Of a DNA stretch of 64,000 nt, positions 37,296-46,764 are shown piece after piece. Numbering within the stretch: position 1 is the first letter of the stretch; every line of letters begins with the position of its first letter. The translations under genes and the position numbers were made by a program. The notes below the pieces were generated by a model. That model made no database searches and was not told the DNA's origin. It worked only from the letters and a program-made list of their open reading frames with translations. This stretch comes from a virus: positions 36,795 through 100,794 of the IMG/VR virus record IMGVR_UViG_3300032897_000001. One strand, given 5' to 3'.

Positions 37296-37496
37296 CTATG
37301 TGCGGTTAATTTTTGCTTTTTGATGTTGTGCCAACTTATCAAAAAGATCAGAATTTTTCGCAAGATTACCTAAGTGTCTGCAAATCTCCCGAGATTGATA
37401 TTCAATGTGTTGAACACGCATATCAATGTCACGTCTGCCGCCTCTCCGGCGATACAGTTTACTCATGAACGTCAAAAAGACGTCCACCAGGGTCAT
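37296..37496 (-). CDS. Small hypothetical protein
   Basis: ATGA-coupled to the upstream membrane ORF. Confidence 0.45.
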   Translation of the reverse strand: MTLVDVFLTFMSKLYRRRGGRRDIDMRVQHIEYQSREICRHLGNLAKNSDLFDKLAQHQKAKINRT

Positions 37497-37687
37497 ATGG
37501 CCGACCCGTTGGATTTCAAAATCTTGAGCCATGCTGTATTCACACCTTCTACGCTAGCCAACGCCTTGTATAACTGCGCTTCCTTTTCTATTCGATCTTT
37601 CCTTTCCAGCCACCACATGGTGGCAAAAATTAACGCGGGACTGCCGCTTACAAGGTGGTCCAAAAAACTTACAAGTGCAGGGTCCAT
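37493..37687 (-). CDS. Small single-TM protein (possible holin/antiholin)
   Basis: Hydrophobic segment then WWLERKDR and a coiled region. Confidence 0.5.
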   Translation of the reverse strand: MDPALVSFLDHLVSGSPALIFATMWWLERKDRIEKEAQLYKALASVEGVNTAWLKILKSNGSAI

Positions 37688-37692
37688 GGTGA

Positions 37693-37935
37693 TTATCTTA
37701 TGTCGCCCCTACGCGCACGATCTTCCACATATCCTTTTGCTTCGGCAAGGTTGTCAAAGCCCTTCAATCTCCGGTCTCCATCATGTACATGATAGCGGTC
37801 CCCCTTTCTGCGGATGTCGCAAGTCCCCCATTTCATACTATCACCATCACGGAGCCGATAAGCCGTGCCAAAGTCCCGAGCAACGCGCCGCGGCTTGACA
37901 GCGTCCATTGCCAATCTGCCATATCTGCCGCTCAT
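37693..37935 (-). CDS. Small basic protein with MSGRYGRLAMDA leader (putative internal head protein)
   Basis: Leader shared with 55523-55852 and 55166-55507. Confidence 0.6.
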   Translation of the reverse strand: MSGRYGRLAMDAVKPRRVARDFGTAYRLRDGDSMKWGTCDIRRKGDRYHVHDGDRRLKGFDNLAEAKGYVEDRARRGDIR

Positions 37936-38852
37936 GCAACCTTCCTATTTTCCACAGGTTCAATTCCGATCATTTCCAGCGCATGCCCTATACACGCTTG
38001 GGGCGAAAACTTTTCTTTGAACCTTGCGAATTGGGAAGCGTGAACCCCGCGCCATGCTGCTTTAGCCAAAAGAGCGTCTTGATAGAACGCCTCTAAAGAT
38101 TCTGAAAACTTAATTACCTCATCCCATGGTTTAGATAAAAGATGTGGTTCAGCAATGACCGGGCGCCCGAGACACAGCGCTGTATTACAGCGCGACGAAG
38201 AAACCAATCCCATTTCTTCGTGTTTCCTGATTTGGACAAGAACCTTTGCCTCTCGCATGATCCTGTCACGTTCCACCTGACTGGTAAACGTTGCCTCTAT
38301 CCGCACAGCTTTCGGAGAGCCTGAGTATCTTGCAAGTCTTTTAAGTATTCTTAATCTGCGAGTTGAAAGTGATCCAAAGAACCCAAAATCAAATAGCGGT
38401 TCTGTATAATCAAAAGCCCGCACCAGTGTCGGCGCATATCCTAATTCCACATAGGCAGCCGGCGCAAATTGTCCATACCATTCACCACATCCGGGGACTA
38501 GATAGAATATCCCATTGAAGCATTTTGCTGCATCAGGGAACGTTGCTTGTCTCCGCACCATTTCAGGATCGCGCCCATGATTGAACCCTTTCGGTGTCGG
38601 CTCTTCTGTTGCGATACAAATAAATCTGGCACCTTGCGCATATGCCTCATTTATCATTTGCGCACTGATTGGTGTAAAACCCTCAATAATAACATTTATA
38701 CCGGCGCCATTGCAAAGAAACTGATCGTTCTTGGGCATAAACACAACTTTGTGCCCGAGCGCTTGAAGTTGATGTCCGATGATACCCATCGGATCTTCTA
38801 GAGAACGCTTGCCCAGATCGTTGTGGTTGAAGAGATTAAACAGAAACTGCAT
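37932..38852 (-). CDS. Putative glycosyltransferase (GT-B, CgeB-like C-terminus)
   Basis: FDFGFFGS...RR..IL, ERD..M..AK.LV, S.R...AL..G.PVIAE. Confidence 0.65.
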   Translation of the reverse strand: MQFLFNLFNHNDLGKRSLEDPMGIIGHQLQALGHKVVFMPKNDQFLCNGAGINVIIEGFTPISAQMINEAYAQGARFICIATEEPTPKGFNHGRDPEMVRRQATFPDAAKCFNGIFYLVPGCGEWYGQFAPAAYVELGYAPTLVRAFDYTEPLFDFGFFGSLSTRRLRILKRLARYSGSPKAVRIEATFTSQVERDRIMREAKVLVQIRKHEEMGLVSSSRCNTALCLGRPVIAEPHLLSKPWDEVIKFSESLEAFYQDALLAKAAWRGVHASQFARFKEKFSPQACIGHALEMIGIEPVENRKVA

Positions 38853-38867
38853 GGTGCGGGTTCACCA

Positions 38868-39596
38868 CTATGCGGCAATAAAACGAATTGTCTCGCGCGT
38901 TCTCGGATCATCCGGGTAACGATCACCAAGCGCGGCACGCGGCAACGGGCTAAGTTTGTCCCATCCATAAGATGCTGGGGGAACGCTGACACCCCAACGC
39001 GCCCACGCGATCGTGCGGCGCTTTCTCTTTGGCATAAGTCCACGATGGATGTTGCTCGTATCCGAAAGGAACAACGTCCCTGCCGGCCCCAATATGGTCA
39101 CACACTCTCCAGTGTCCGGACGTCCTTGGTGTGTTCCTCGGATAAATTGATGTGGTCCATCGTTCTCATCCACAACGTCCGTGCAGTACATGAATAAAGC
39201 AAGGAAACGCACATCATCAGCGTCTCTGTGCCAATCCTGGATATCTCGCTTAGGCTGATGATTGGGCTCACAATTGAAAGCATTAAACGAATATAACACA
39301 GAAGGAGATTCAAGATAACTTTCCGCTATAGGAATGAAACTTATTGCTGTCTCCAGGAATTCCGGTGCAGATATGACATCCCATATGTCATAACTTGTCC
39401 AGGGATGACTACCAATTGGCACCGGGTCCGGTCTTCCTTGACGGACATGATTCTGATAAACAGGCTTGTTCGATAAGTGCTGTATAAATTCATTCACAAA
39501 AGCAAACCGCTGAGGCAACACAACAGCGCCATCGCGTCGGAGAGTCTCAACGATTTCTGTATTAATCGTAGGACTTTTGTTCTTTGCTTCCAGCAC
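38868..39596 (-). CDS. Fe(II)/2-oxoglutarate dioxygenase, PhyH-like
   Basis: WHRD (HxD), F.Y.TDV....GPH.FI.GTH, G.AGT.F..DT...HRG. Confidence 0.82.
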   Translation of the reverse strand: MLEAKNKSPTINTEIVETLRRDGAVVLPQRFAFVNEFIQHLSNKPVYQNHVRQGRPDPVPIGSHPWTSYDIWDVISAPEFLETAISFIPIAESYLESPSVLYSFNAFNCEPNHQPKRDIQDWHRDADDVRFLALFMYCTDVVDENDGPHQFIRGTHQGRPDTGECVTILGPAGTLFLSDTSNIHRGLMPKRKRRTIAWARWGVSVPPASYGWDKLSPLPRAALGDRYPDDPRTRETIRFIAA

Positions 39597-40878
39597 CGCA
39601 GATATCCTCTATTTTGTTTTTTATTCTGATACGGCATTGATTTGCATCATTCGCCGTTCTAAATGATCGGAGCACATTTGTGCGCGAGGTTTCGGACCAT
39701 TCTGCCGGATCAATCCCCGCTGCAAATGCGTCGATCAAAACTTCATTTGCATCCCAAGCCTGTTGGTTAAGCCTGAAAAGTTCATTCTCTTGTTCCGCGA
39801 CATTCGGCCATGTGCCCACGATGTGGTCGCGGACTTCCTGTAGCGCGTCCGTTTCACGATAAAGAAGGTGCGCCTTAGATGGCAATTTTGCTGCCTTCAC
39901 CCGCAAAATCGTCAGTCTGTCAATGATGTCGCCCGGCGTGCTCTGAGTCTCCAGCCGTGTCAAAGGTGCATAAGTCGGTTCCGGACCGTGTGCATTTCGA
40001 CCGTTTACAATCATTTCCAGCACTTGGCTGTGATTGTTGCTTTTCGTCAAAAATTCCTCAATATCGTATGTGTTCCCGTCAATCTTTCGAGTCATCCGAT
40101 AGGGGAACGTTGACGAAATAGGTAGCGTATGCCCGGAACCCTCTAACGATTGTGTCACAATCGTTTTTCGGCAAGGCACCTGCCCACAAACGATAGTCTG
40201 CATTAATCCACAGTTGGCGCCGATAACCCACCCTGCCAATGCGGCCAACGGCGCCACACAACGCAATGGGATTTTTGTCGGATCATTCCACAGGACAACC
40301 CGCCCGCTCACCTGCAGCCGCGCGGCCAATTCATGCCAAAACGACGTTGGAGTGTTCAGCCACGAATTGGCATGCGGTATCAAGAGGACTGTCTTACCCT
40401 CCACGACGCCCAAGTCCGCTGCGATCTGCTTTGCTTCTGCCGCAGCTTCTAAATCTGCCCGAGGGAGCGTTGGGACGGTCGCTGGATGCAGTCCCATGAT
40501 AAGGGCGTACATTGCCACGTCCGACATGAAATGGTGCGCCACGCAGTGATCTGGGCGCACTGTGGCAACAGACGGGTGGACAAAGACGGGGACACCGGGC
40601 CGAAGAATCTGAACTCCACGACCAGCCGCAGCATGTGTTAGAGAATTGATGTCGGAATCGGGGATATCTGCCAAACGATTCCAACCACCAGCAAACAGCT
40701 TCGCAAGATCACGGTGGGATTCCTTGACCACCAGGAATAGCTTACGCCCGTCTGTGCAGTATTTGCGCCGAAAGGCGTCACATAAAGACGCCACGATGTA
40801 GGTGTCTCCCAGACCATAGGAAGACACGAGAACGTAATCGCTGTCAGTTGCTTCGGCTATGAGATAATTGGGTGTCAT
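39562..40878 (-). CDS. GT9/heptosyltransferase-like glycosyltransferase fused to a DUF6165-like helical domain
   Basis: GLGD motif, VLLIP.A.S, VIG..CGL; C-terminal PGDIIDRLTILRVK...N...WD. Confidence 0.65.
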   Translation of the reverse strand: MTPNYLIAEATDSDYVLVSSYGLGDTYIVASLCDAFRRKYCTDGRKLFLVVKESHRDLAKLFAGGWNRLADIPDSDINSLTHAAAGRGVQILRPGVPVFVHPSVATVRPDHCVAHHFMSDVAMYALIMGLHPATVPTLPRADLEAAAEAKQIAADLGVVEGKTVLLIPHANSWLNTPTSFWHELAARLQVSGRVVLWNDPTKIPLRCVAPLAALAGWVIGANCGLMQTIVCGQVPCRKTIVTQSLEGSGHTLPISSTFPYRMTRKIDGNTYDIEEFLTKSNNHSQVLEMIVNGRNAHGPEPTYAPLTRLETQSTPGDIIDRLTILRVKAAKLPSKAHLLYRETDALQEVRDHIVGTWPNVAEQENELFRLNQQAWDANEVLIDAFAAGIDPAEWSETSRTNVLRSFRTANDANQCRIRIKNKIEDICGAGSKEQKSYD

Positions 40879-41498
40879 TATCGAACAATCCAAGCAATTC
40901 CCAACTCATCCCCGATCATCTGCACACCATGGCCCCGCGTATTGAGCATATCGACGAATTTCCACACCTGTATTTCGTCATCATATGTCGGCCGCTTAAG
41001 TGCATCATGCATTGCAATAATACCACCTGATCGCACTAACTGTCCGTAATCATGGAAGTCCACAGACACATCATCAAAAGTATGTCCCGCATCAATAAAC
41101 AACAGATCCAATGATCCATAGATTCCCTTACCGCCGATTTGCTCTATGACAGTGTTGTATGTCTCAACACTGTGGGTATTTCCGACTATGATGTTTTGTG
41201 GTCCAACGCGACTAAGGAACTGGTCCACCGTTGCTGCGGAATTATCTACAGTCCAGACTTCTTTGAACATCGCTTGAAACACGTTGTGAAGTGCACCGGG
41301 AATGCCCAGCCCTAGCTGCAAGCACGACTTATTCAAGCCCTTGTCTGAAAGGACACGTGCGAATTCGTGGAACTCTGTCCGGTTCTGTTGAATCGCAGGA
41401 CGATATTCGGATGTCCTGTCCTGTGACCTATGATCATCGTGCCAACCCCAATAGGGGAGAAATCTTTTATCATTGGCGATATCGTCGAACACAGACAT
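40878..41498 (-). CDS. Class I SAM methyltransferase (Methyltransf_24-like)
   Basis: LQLG, DLLFIDAGHT...V..DF..Y..LVR.GGIIA.HD. Confidence 0.82.
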   Translation of the reverse strand: MSVFDDIANDKRFLPYWGWHDDHRSQDRTSEYRPAIQQNRTEFHEFARVLSDKGLNKSCLQLGLGIPGALHNVFQAMFKEVWTVDNSAATVDQFLSRVGPQNIIVGNTHSVETYNTVIEQIGGKGIYGSLDLLFIDAGHTFDDVSVDFHDYGQLVRSGGIIAMHDALKRPTYDDEIQVWKFVDMLNTRGHGVQMIGDELGIAWIVR

Positions 41499-41503
41499 GG
41501 GGA

Positions 41504-42991
41504 CTACTCTGCCGCTTGGCGGAAAAGGCGCCGCGGTAACGGCGTTGATTGAGCCTTGGCATACGCCGCCGCGGCGGGTCCGAATTTGTATGTGAGCAAT
41601 TCAATCTGTTTTTCGGATGAAAAATATGCTTGGTGTGCCGCGTCTCGGAATTGAAGGATATCCGTGGGATTCAACTTGTCTGTTGGCAGAGGCTGAAAGT
41701 CCTCAGCATGCTGTGCATAGTTCCCCCACCGATCCGGAAGCGGCTGGCCTGTGCTCACAGCCTCATCATACAGCGGCGATCCGGGATATGCGGTCGCACA
41801 GTAGAAATTCGCCCAATCCGATCCGATAGCAAGCGCCATATCCAACGTCAGTTGCATGGATTCTGCGTCATCCTGTGGAAGTCCGAAGATGTAGTTTGCA
41901 ATGACGTTGATTCCCGCGGCTTGTATCCTGCCTACAATGTCCTTGATATCGTTTGTCCGTAAACGCTTTTCTGCACCATCCCTGACAGTCGGATCTGCCG
42001 ACTCAATGCCTAGAGCCAGCCACTTGATACCCGCCTTCCGAAGAAGTGGCAGTGTTCCTGCCCGGACTGTATCCACTCGGGCATATGCCCAAATATTCAA
42101 ATCAGTCCCAGCATTCGGAATTGTTTCGATAATCCGTTCGCAAATCTCACTGTAATGCCGTTCATTGAGAACGAACATTTCATCAATGATCTTGAACGTT
42201 CGCACACCGTATTGGGAATAAAGAAACTCTATTTCCTTAACGACATCTGCCGGATTGCGCATGCGATATCGTCGCACGCCGAATGGCGCATTGATGCAAC
42301 AGAACGAACACGAATAGGGACAACCCAGCGACGTGTAAATGCTTGCATATGGCTTGCGCCCGGTTTGATCATCCAGACACTGCCACCCGTGCGCACGATA
42401 CTTCTTCATTGGAAGAAGTTCCCACACATCACCGTGCAGTTTGGACAGATCTTCAATCAATGGCGCCCGGGCATTGATCCTAATGCGCGCACCATCACGC
42501 CAAACCAGTCCCGGAACATCTTCCAACGCGCTACCGGATAGAAGTCTACAAACAGTCTCCGGACCCTCCCCGACGCACACATAGTCAACGTGCTCACATT
42601 CGCGCATGGTTTGATTAGGCAGCGCCGAAACGTGTCCACCTACTACAAGGACTTTCGCTGCACACACGGATTTGATTTGGCGCGCCGTATCGTAAACAGC
42701 TTCCATTTGCTGCGTAGAAGCGGAAGGCTGGTGCCCATACGCGCACAAGCAGACAAGGCGCGTATCCCCCATGAAAAGATCTAACGCCACTTTTGATGGC
42801 GTTAGATTTTCTGCCTCAGCATCAACGATCTTTACAGTAAATCCGCGGTCCCGCACATAGCCGGCTATCAACCTTGCCCATAGTGGCGGCTCAGCCGCCG
42901 CATCATCTGCGACTACGCCATAACACGTAGCCCGTGCGTTAGGGTTGACGATAACTAGATGCGGGTCCAGACTAAATATTTCCGTGTTCAT
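41504..42991 (-). CDS. Cobalamin-dependent radical SAM enzyme (class B methyltransferase-like)
   Basis: B12-binding domain (PPLW, GG H.SALP, GEG) plus TSLGCPYSCSFC (CxxxCxxC), LGIES, IFGLP. Confidence 0.9.
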   Translation of the reverse strand: MNTEIFSLDPHLVIVNPNARATCYGVVADDAAAEPPLWARLIAGYVRDRGFTVKIVDAEAENLTPSKVALDLFMGDTRLVCLCAYGHQPSASTQQMEAVYDTARQIKSVCAAKVLVVGGHVSALPNQTMRECEHVDYVCVGEGPETVCRLLSGSALEDVPGLVWRDGARIRINARAPLIEDLSKLHGDVWELLPMKKYRAHGWQCLDDQTGRKPYASIYTSLGCPYSCSFCCINAPFGVRRYRMRNPADVVKEIEFLYSQYGVRTFKIIDEMFVLNERHYSEICERIIETIPNAGTDLNIWAYARVDTVRAGTLPLLRKAGIKWLALGIESADPTVRDGAEKRLRTNDIKDIVGRIQAAGINVIANYIFGLPQDDAESMQLTLDMALAIGSDWANFYCATAYPGSPLYDEAVSTGQPLPDRWGNYAQHAEDFQPLPTDKLNPTDILQFRDAAHQAYFSSEKQIELLTYKFGPAAAAYAKAQSTPLPRRLFRQAAE

Positions 42992-43895
42992 GCTGCTTGA
43001 ACATCCGATATCCCTTGATCAGCTCAAGAATGCCGTGATCAAGCGAATATTTGGGACTCCAGCCGGTTGCCTCAATCTTGGTATTGGACACGATGTAGTC
43101 GCGCTTGTCCGGATCTTCCTTCCCTGCAATCTCTGCCCATGAAAACGGTGTGTGCGCCGCGATCCGCTCACATAGCTGTAGTTTCGTTAGGTTTGCATCC
43201 GACAAACCCACATTGTATATCTGCCCGCGCATTGTGTCCCAGTTCTTCAAAACATGCACGAACGCACATGCCGCATCCCGGACATGTATAAAGTTCCTGC
43301 GGAACCCTGCCTCGAAAAGCGTAATCGCCTGATCACGAACCGCGCGCAAAACAAAGTCATTGACAAGGAGATCCGTGCGCATTCGCGGGCTTATGCCGAA
43401 CAACGTCGCAAGCCGCAGACTTACGGCATTGCCACGGTTCATAATGATTCTTTCGGCTTCAACTTTTGTCTGACCATAGACACTCACCGGACGCAGCGGG
43501 GAATCTTCTGTGCACTCGCCATCTCCGCCAATGCCATAACCGCTGTTGGATATCGGGATAATGATAGGCTGCGTCGGTGCAAAATGTGCCAAGCTTTCGA
43601 TAGCCTCCACATTGACACCCCAAGCGGCTGCGGACTGTGTGTCGCACAGCGGCGCGCCAACCAAGGCAGCAAGAGGCATGATCACGTCTGCGTCACTTAA
43701 TACGGCACGCAGCAAACGCGTATCCCGCACGTCTCCCCGGTGGATTTGAAGGCGTTCGTTGGCACAGTGTGCCGCTAGGCTTGGTACGCCCCAGGAAAAG
43801 TCATCAAGAACGTCAACGTAGTGTCCTTCCGAGAGCAGTTTTCCGACAAGGACGCTACCTAAGTAGCCTGCTCCCCCGGTAACAAGAATCCTCAT
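42972..43895 (-). CDS. NAD-dependent sugar epimerase/reductase (extended SDR)
   Basis: ILVTGGAGYLGS, YGQTK (YxxxK), RLAT.FG.SPRMR.DLLVN, R.FIHV.D. Confidence 0.9.
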   Translation of the reverse strand: MRILVTGGAGYLGSVLVGKLLSEGHYVDVLDDFSWGVPSLAAHCANERLQIHRGDVRDTRLLRAVLSDADVIMPLAALVGAPLCDTQSAAAWGVNVEAIESLAHFAPTQPIIIPISNSGYGIGGDGECTEDSPLRPVSVYGQTKVEAERIIMNRGNAVSLRLATLFGISPRMRTDLLVNDFVLRAVRDQAITLFEAGFRRNFIHVRDAACAFVHVLKNWDTMRGQIYNVGLSDANLTKLQLCERIAAHTPFSWAEIAGKEDPDKRDYIVSNTKIEATGWSPKYSLDHGILELIKGYRMFKQHEHGNI

Positions 43896-44995
43896 AGCAC
43901 ATCCCTCATCACGTCAATTGCCTTCTCAATCTGTTCTGACAGATCAAGCGGACCGTTCCCAAGGAACAAACCCATATCGTGGATTTGATCCGCGCGTGGT
44001 GTGGGGTATTTTGCCCAGGCGTTCCCGTAATGATGCTTATGCAGACTGCCACCAGTCGGCAACCGACAATCAATGCCAGCTTCGCGGAATTTCTTAACCA
44101 AGGTATCGCGAATGTACGGACTTCGTACTTCGAATTGAATCCCGAACGGACTCTGTGTTCCATTCGAGACCGGAAATTTCACCGGCAAATCTTCCGCCAT
44201 GTTTTGAAAGAGTGCCAAGTTCTGCCGGCGCTGTTCAATAAACTTTGGCAGCTTTTTAAGCTGTTCCCGGGCGACCGCCGCATGGATTTCCGTTGGACGA
44301 ACATTGTAACCCATCAGCCGGAAATCATATTCCTGCGAAAAAGCCTGCGGTTTCTGTACATCCCGTGTCCAGCCATGCGAACGCAGCATCCGACACAGCC
44401 GGGCGCACTCATCATCATTGGTAAGGATCACACCGCCTTCAATAGCGGACAGTTGATGTGACCAAAACAGCGAGAATGTATTCATCAGACCCCGTGTTCC
44501 ACAGAGTCTGCCTTTCAGATCAACTGCACCGATGGATTCACAGTTGTCTTCAATGATGGGCCAGGGCGCTTCTCCCCAAAAGTGGGCAGGATTCCCCAAG
44601 ACAGAGCACACGACTTGAAGGCTGATCGCGGGTTCCCCGTGGTATTGGCCCACGTTCCACTGGTCATTACAATCTGCAACAACCAACTCAAGTCCGTGCT
44701 GTACCAAAGGCGCATAAGTTGTCGCCCACGCAAGCGCGGGGACAACCACCTTATCACCCGGATGCAGCGGCCTTTCGCTCCGGTGGAACATCGCAGCAAC
44801 TGCGATCAAATTAGCCGATGAACCGGAATTCACCATGATAGCATGACGCTTCAAATGCCATGCCGCAAACTCCCGTTCGAATGCAGCGACTTCCTCGCCC
44901 AGCGTGAACCTGCCCGATGTGCGCACGCGATCAATCGCGCCGTGTTCTGCATCATCCCAGGCCGAATACGCTGTTGGAAAAAACCACTCTTTCAC
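43892..44995 (-). CDS. PLP-dependent DegT-family enzyme, ColD-like NDP-4-keto-6-deoxyhexose 3-dehydratase
   Basis: VNSGSSANL, EDNCES.GA, FSLFWSHQLSAIEGG (His in place of the Schiff-base Lys, as in ColD/E1), LRSHGWTR, GYNVRP. Confidence 0.85.
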   Translation of the reverse strand: MKEWFFPTAYSAWDDAEHGAIDRVRTSGRFTLGEEVAAFEREFAAWHLKRHAIMVNSGSSANLIAVAAMFHRSERPLHPGDKVVVPALAWATTYAPLVQHGLELVVADCNDQWNVGQYHGEPAISLQVVCSVLGNPAHFWGEAPWPIIEDNCESIGAVDLKGRLCGTRGLMNTFSLFWSHQLSAIEGGVILTNDDECARLCRMLRSHGWTRDVQKPQAFSQEYDFRLMGYNVRPTEIHAAVAREQLKKLPKFIEQRRQNLALFQNMAEDLPVKFPVSNGTQSPFGIQFEVRSPYIRDTLVKKFREAGIDCRLPTGGSLHKHHYGNAWAKYPTPRADQIHDMGLFLGNGPLDLSEQIEKAIDVMRDVL

Positions 44996-45519
44996 GCAAA
45001 CTTCTCCGCCATTTCTACAAGGATCGTTGATACTTCACTCTTCAGTGCTTGTTCATATTGAACGAACACACCTTCCGCCGTATGCAGTTTGCATACATGC
45101 ACGGTGTACAGCATTTTCCGGACTTGGTCAGTGAAATCACCTAAGTGCTGCACTCCCGGATTCATCGGATCATCTGTTGCAACAGATGTCCTGATGATAA
45201 CCTTCGGTTTGTACCCACCACACGAATAAATGGGGAGTTTATCCAAGTGGTGTACAAGTTGGCTCATTGCCAATAGAAGGAAATTCCATCTCGGATAAAT
45301 GCACACAGGCAGCGCGCCGCGGAGTGCCAACCCAATGGCAACTCCCATCTGCATATCCTCTGCAACGGGAAACTCTATCCGTTTTTCCTTCGGAACATCC
45401 TGCAATGTTTGAAACATTGCGGTTCCTGGCACAGCGACGGCTTGCCCGATGAACACAGACTTAGGATGTTCTGCAAGCATCCTCATTGCCCGGCATAGTT
45501 CTGTTGCGTAATCAGTCAT
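44992..45519 (-). CDS. TPP enzyme beta subunit (transketolase/E1-beta pyrimidine-binding domain only)
   Basis: FIGQ.V, IEFPVAEDMQMG.A.GLAL.G..P, PGVQH. Confidence 0.85.
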   Translation of the reverse strand: MTDYATELCRAMRMLAEHPKSVFIGQAVAVPGTAMFQTLQDVPKEKRIEFPVAEDMQMGVAIGLALRGALPVCIYPRWNFLLLAMSQLVHHLDKLPIYSCGGYKPKVIIRTSVATDDPMNPGVQHLGDFTDQVRKMLYTVHVCKLHTAEGVFVQYEQALKSEVSTILVEMAEKFA

Positions 45520-45677
45520 ATGCCGTCTGCCATACTGATCAAAATCGCGTTGTAAACAGCTTCCTTACCGCCCGAAGCTAACAACTCTTCAAATTTATTG
45601 ATCTGTTTGGCGTTAATTACAACGGTTCCCGGTTCTTCAGGAATCTTGTGTGGTTCTTCATTACGCAAGGACAACAC
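45516..45677 (-). CDS. 53 aa hypothetical protein between the TPP subunits, absent from the ORF track
   Basis: GTG 45677 to TGA 45516, ATGA-coupled to the beta subunit. Confidence 0.45.
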   Translation of the reverse strand: MLSLRNEEPHKIPEEPGTVVINAKQINKFEELLASGGKEAVYNAILISMADGI

Positions 45678-45683
45678 CCCGTT

Positions 45684-46289
45684 TTAGAACTGTACCCGCT
45701 TTCCCGCGCCCGAGTGTGGCCACGGCAGCACATAATCATATCGCATGACATGCGGCGAAAACCTGTTGGAAAAATCCGGTTTTCCCCATACCTGATCTGT
45801 GTCAGTACACACAGACTTCCCGTTGTCTTCGATGACAAAATTAACGGGCAATTCGTGTCCCTCCACATAACGCAGGCATTCATGAAACATGCCTGTGCGT
45901 GCAGTCATGTCGCCAACAAAAACCCAAACATATCCGGGTTGTCTTTCGCGCTGTAGCGACAATGCCAAGCCAACAGCGATCGGAAGCACGCCACCAACGA
46001 TCGCAGATGATAGGATGCGGTAATCCGGATAACACAGCGTGATGGAGCGTCCGGACAAGATGTCATCTCGCAGGAGTTCCGGGGGAACACCCTTAAGCAA
46101 GCAGTGATAATGTGAACGCCATTGTGTCAATACCCAGTCTTCTTCGTGGATATTGTCGAATATATTGATTAACTGTTTCTCGTTTCCCCCAGCCAAGTGA
46201 ACGGGCGCCCGGATCATTCCTGCATCAAAATCCGCAGCAACCAGTCGTTCAAACTCTTGCAGAGATTCGGCAGTGTGAGAAGTGATCAT
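45684..46289 (-). CDS. TPP enzyme alpha subunit (dehydrogenase E1-alpha-like, short)
   Basis: PVHL..GNE, WRSHYH.L.KG, SAIVGG, GD...EDN TPP-binding motif. Confidence 0.85.
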   Translation of the reverse strand: MITSHTAESLQEFERLVAADFDAGMIRAPVHLAGGNEKQLINIFDNIHEEDWVLTQWRSHYHCLLKGVPPELLRDDILSGRSITLCYPDYRILSSAIVGGVLPIAVGLALSLQRERQPGYVWVFVGDMTARTGMFHECLRYVEGHELPVNFVIEDNGKSVCTDTDQVWGKPDFSNRFSPHVMRYDYVLPWPHSGAGKRVQF

Positions 46290-46292
46290 CGG

Positions 46293-46736
46293 TTAATGCT
46301 TGCTATTCCACACATCCCAGTTCCCAAATTCTGGGACCAGACTTTCCGCAAGCGCGTCAATTTTGTAATCGTGACGTCCGCCGTCGATTTCAGCCAAGAC
46401 ATTCTTCGCTGTGTTTCGGACGCCATTGATGGAGTGGCTGAACTTCAACAATTTGTCTTGTGCATCGCTGCCTTCCCGGGCTTTTGATTCATTCAACCAA
46501 ATTTCCCGGTTCGATAGCATGATGACGATAATTGCATGTACCTCGCGCGCACTGATCTTTCGATCCAAATTTGACAGGATCAAATCAATGTCATGCATAA
46601 TAAGTTTCATCTCAGCGTAGTATTCGTCCTTACGCTCGTGAATGAAAATTGCCTTTTGCTGAACAATCGTCAACCTGTCCACAAGATCGGACAGTGTGGG
46701 CAGATATTTTCGCTGCGAGGAATTGGCTGCACTCAT
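46293..46736 (-). CDS. DUF6165-like helical protein
   Basis: LSDLVDRLTIVQQK...N.EIW..E...N..R...KN; same motif as the C-terminus of 39562-40878. Confidence 0.7.
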   Translation of the reverse strand: MSAANSSQRKYLPTLSDLVDRLTIVQQKAIFIHERKDEYYAEMKLIMHDIDLILSNLDRKISAREVHAIIVIMLSNREIWLNESKAREGSDAQDKLLKFSHSINGVRNTAKNVLAEIDGGRHDYKIDALAESLVPEFGNWDVWNSKH

Positions 46737-46764
46737 AATACACCACTCCATTATTAAGAACCAA

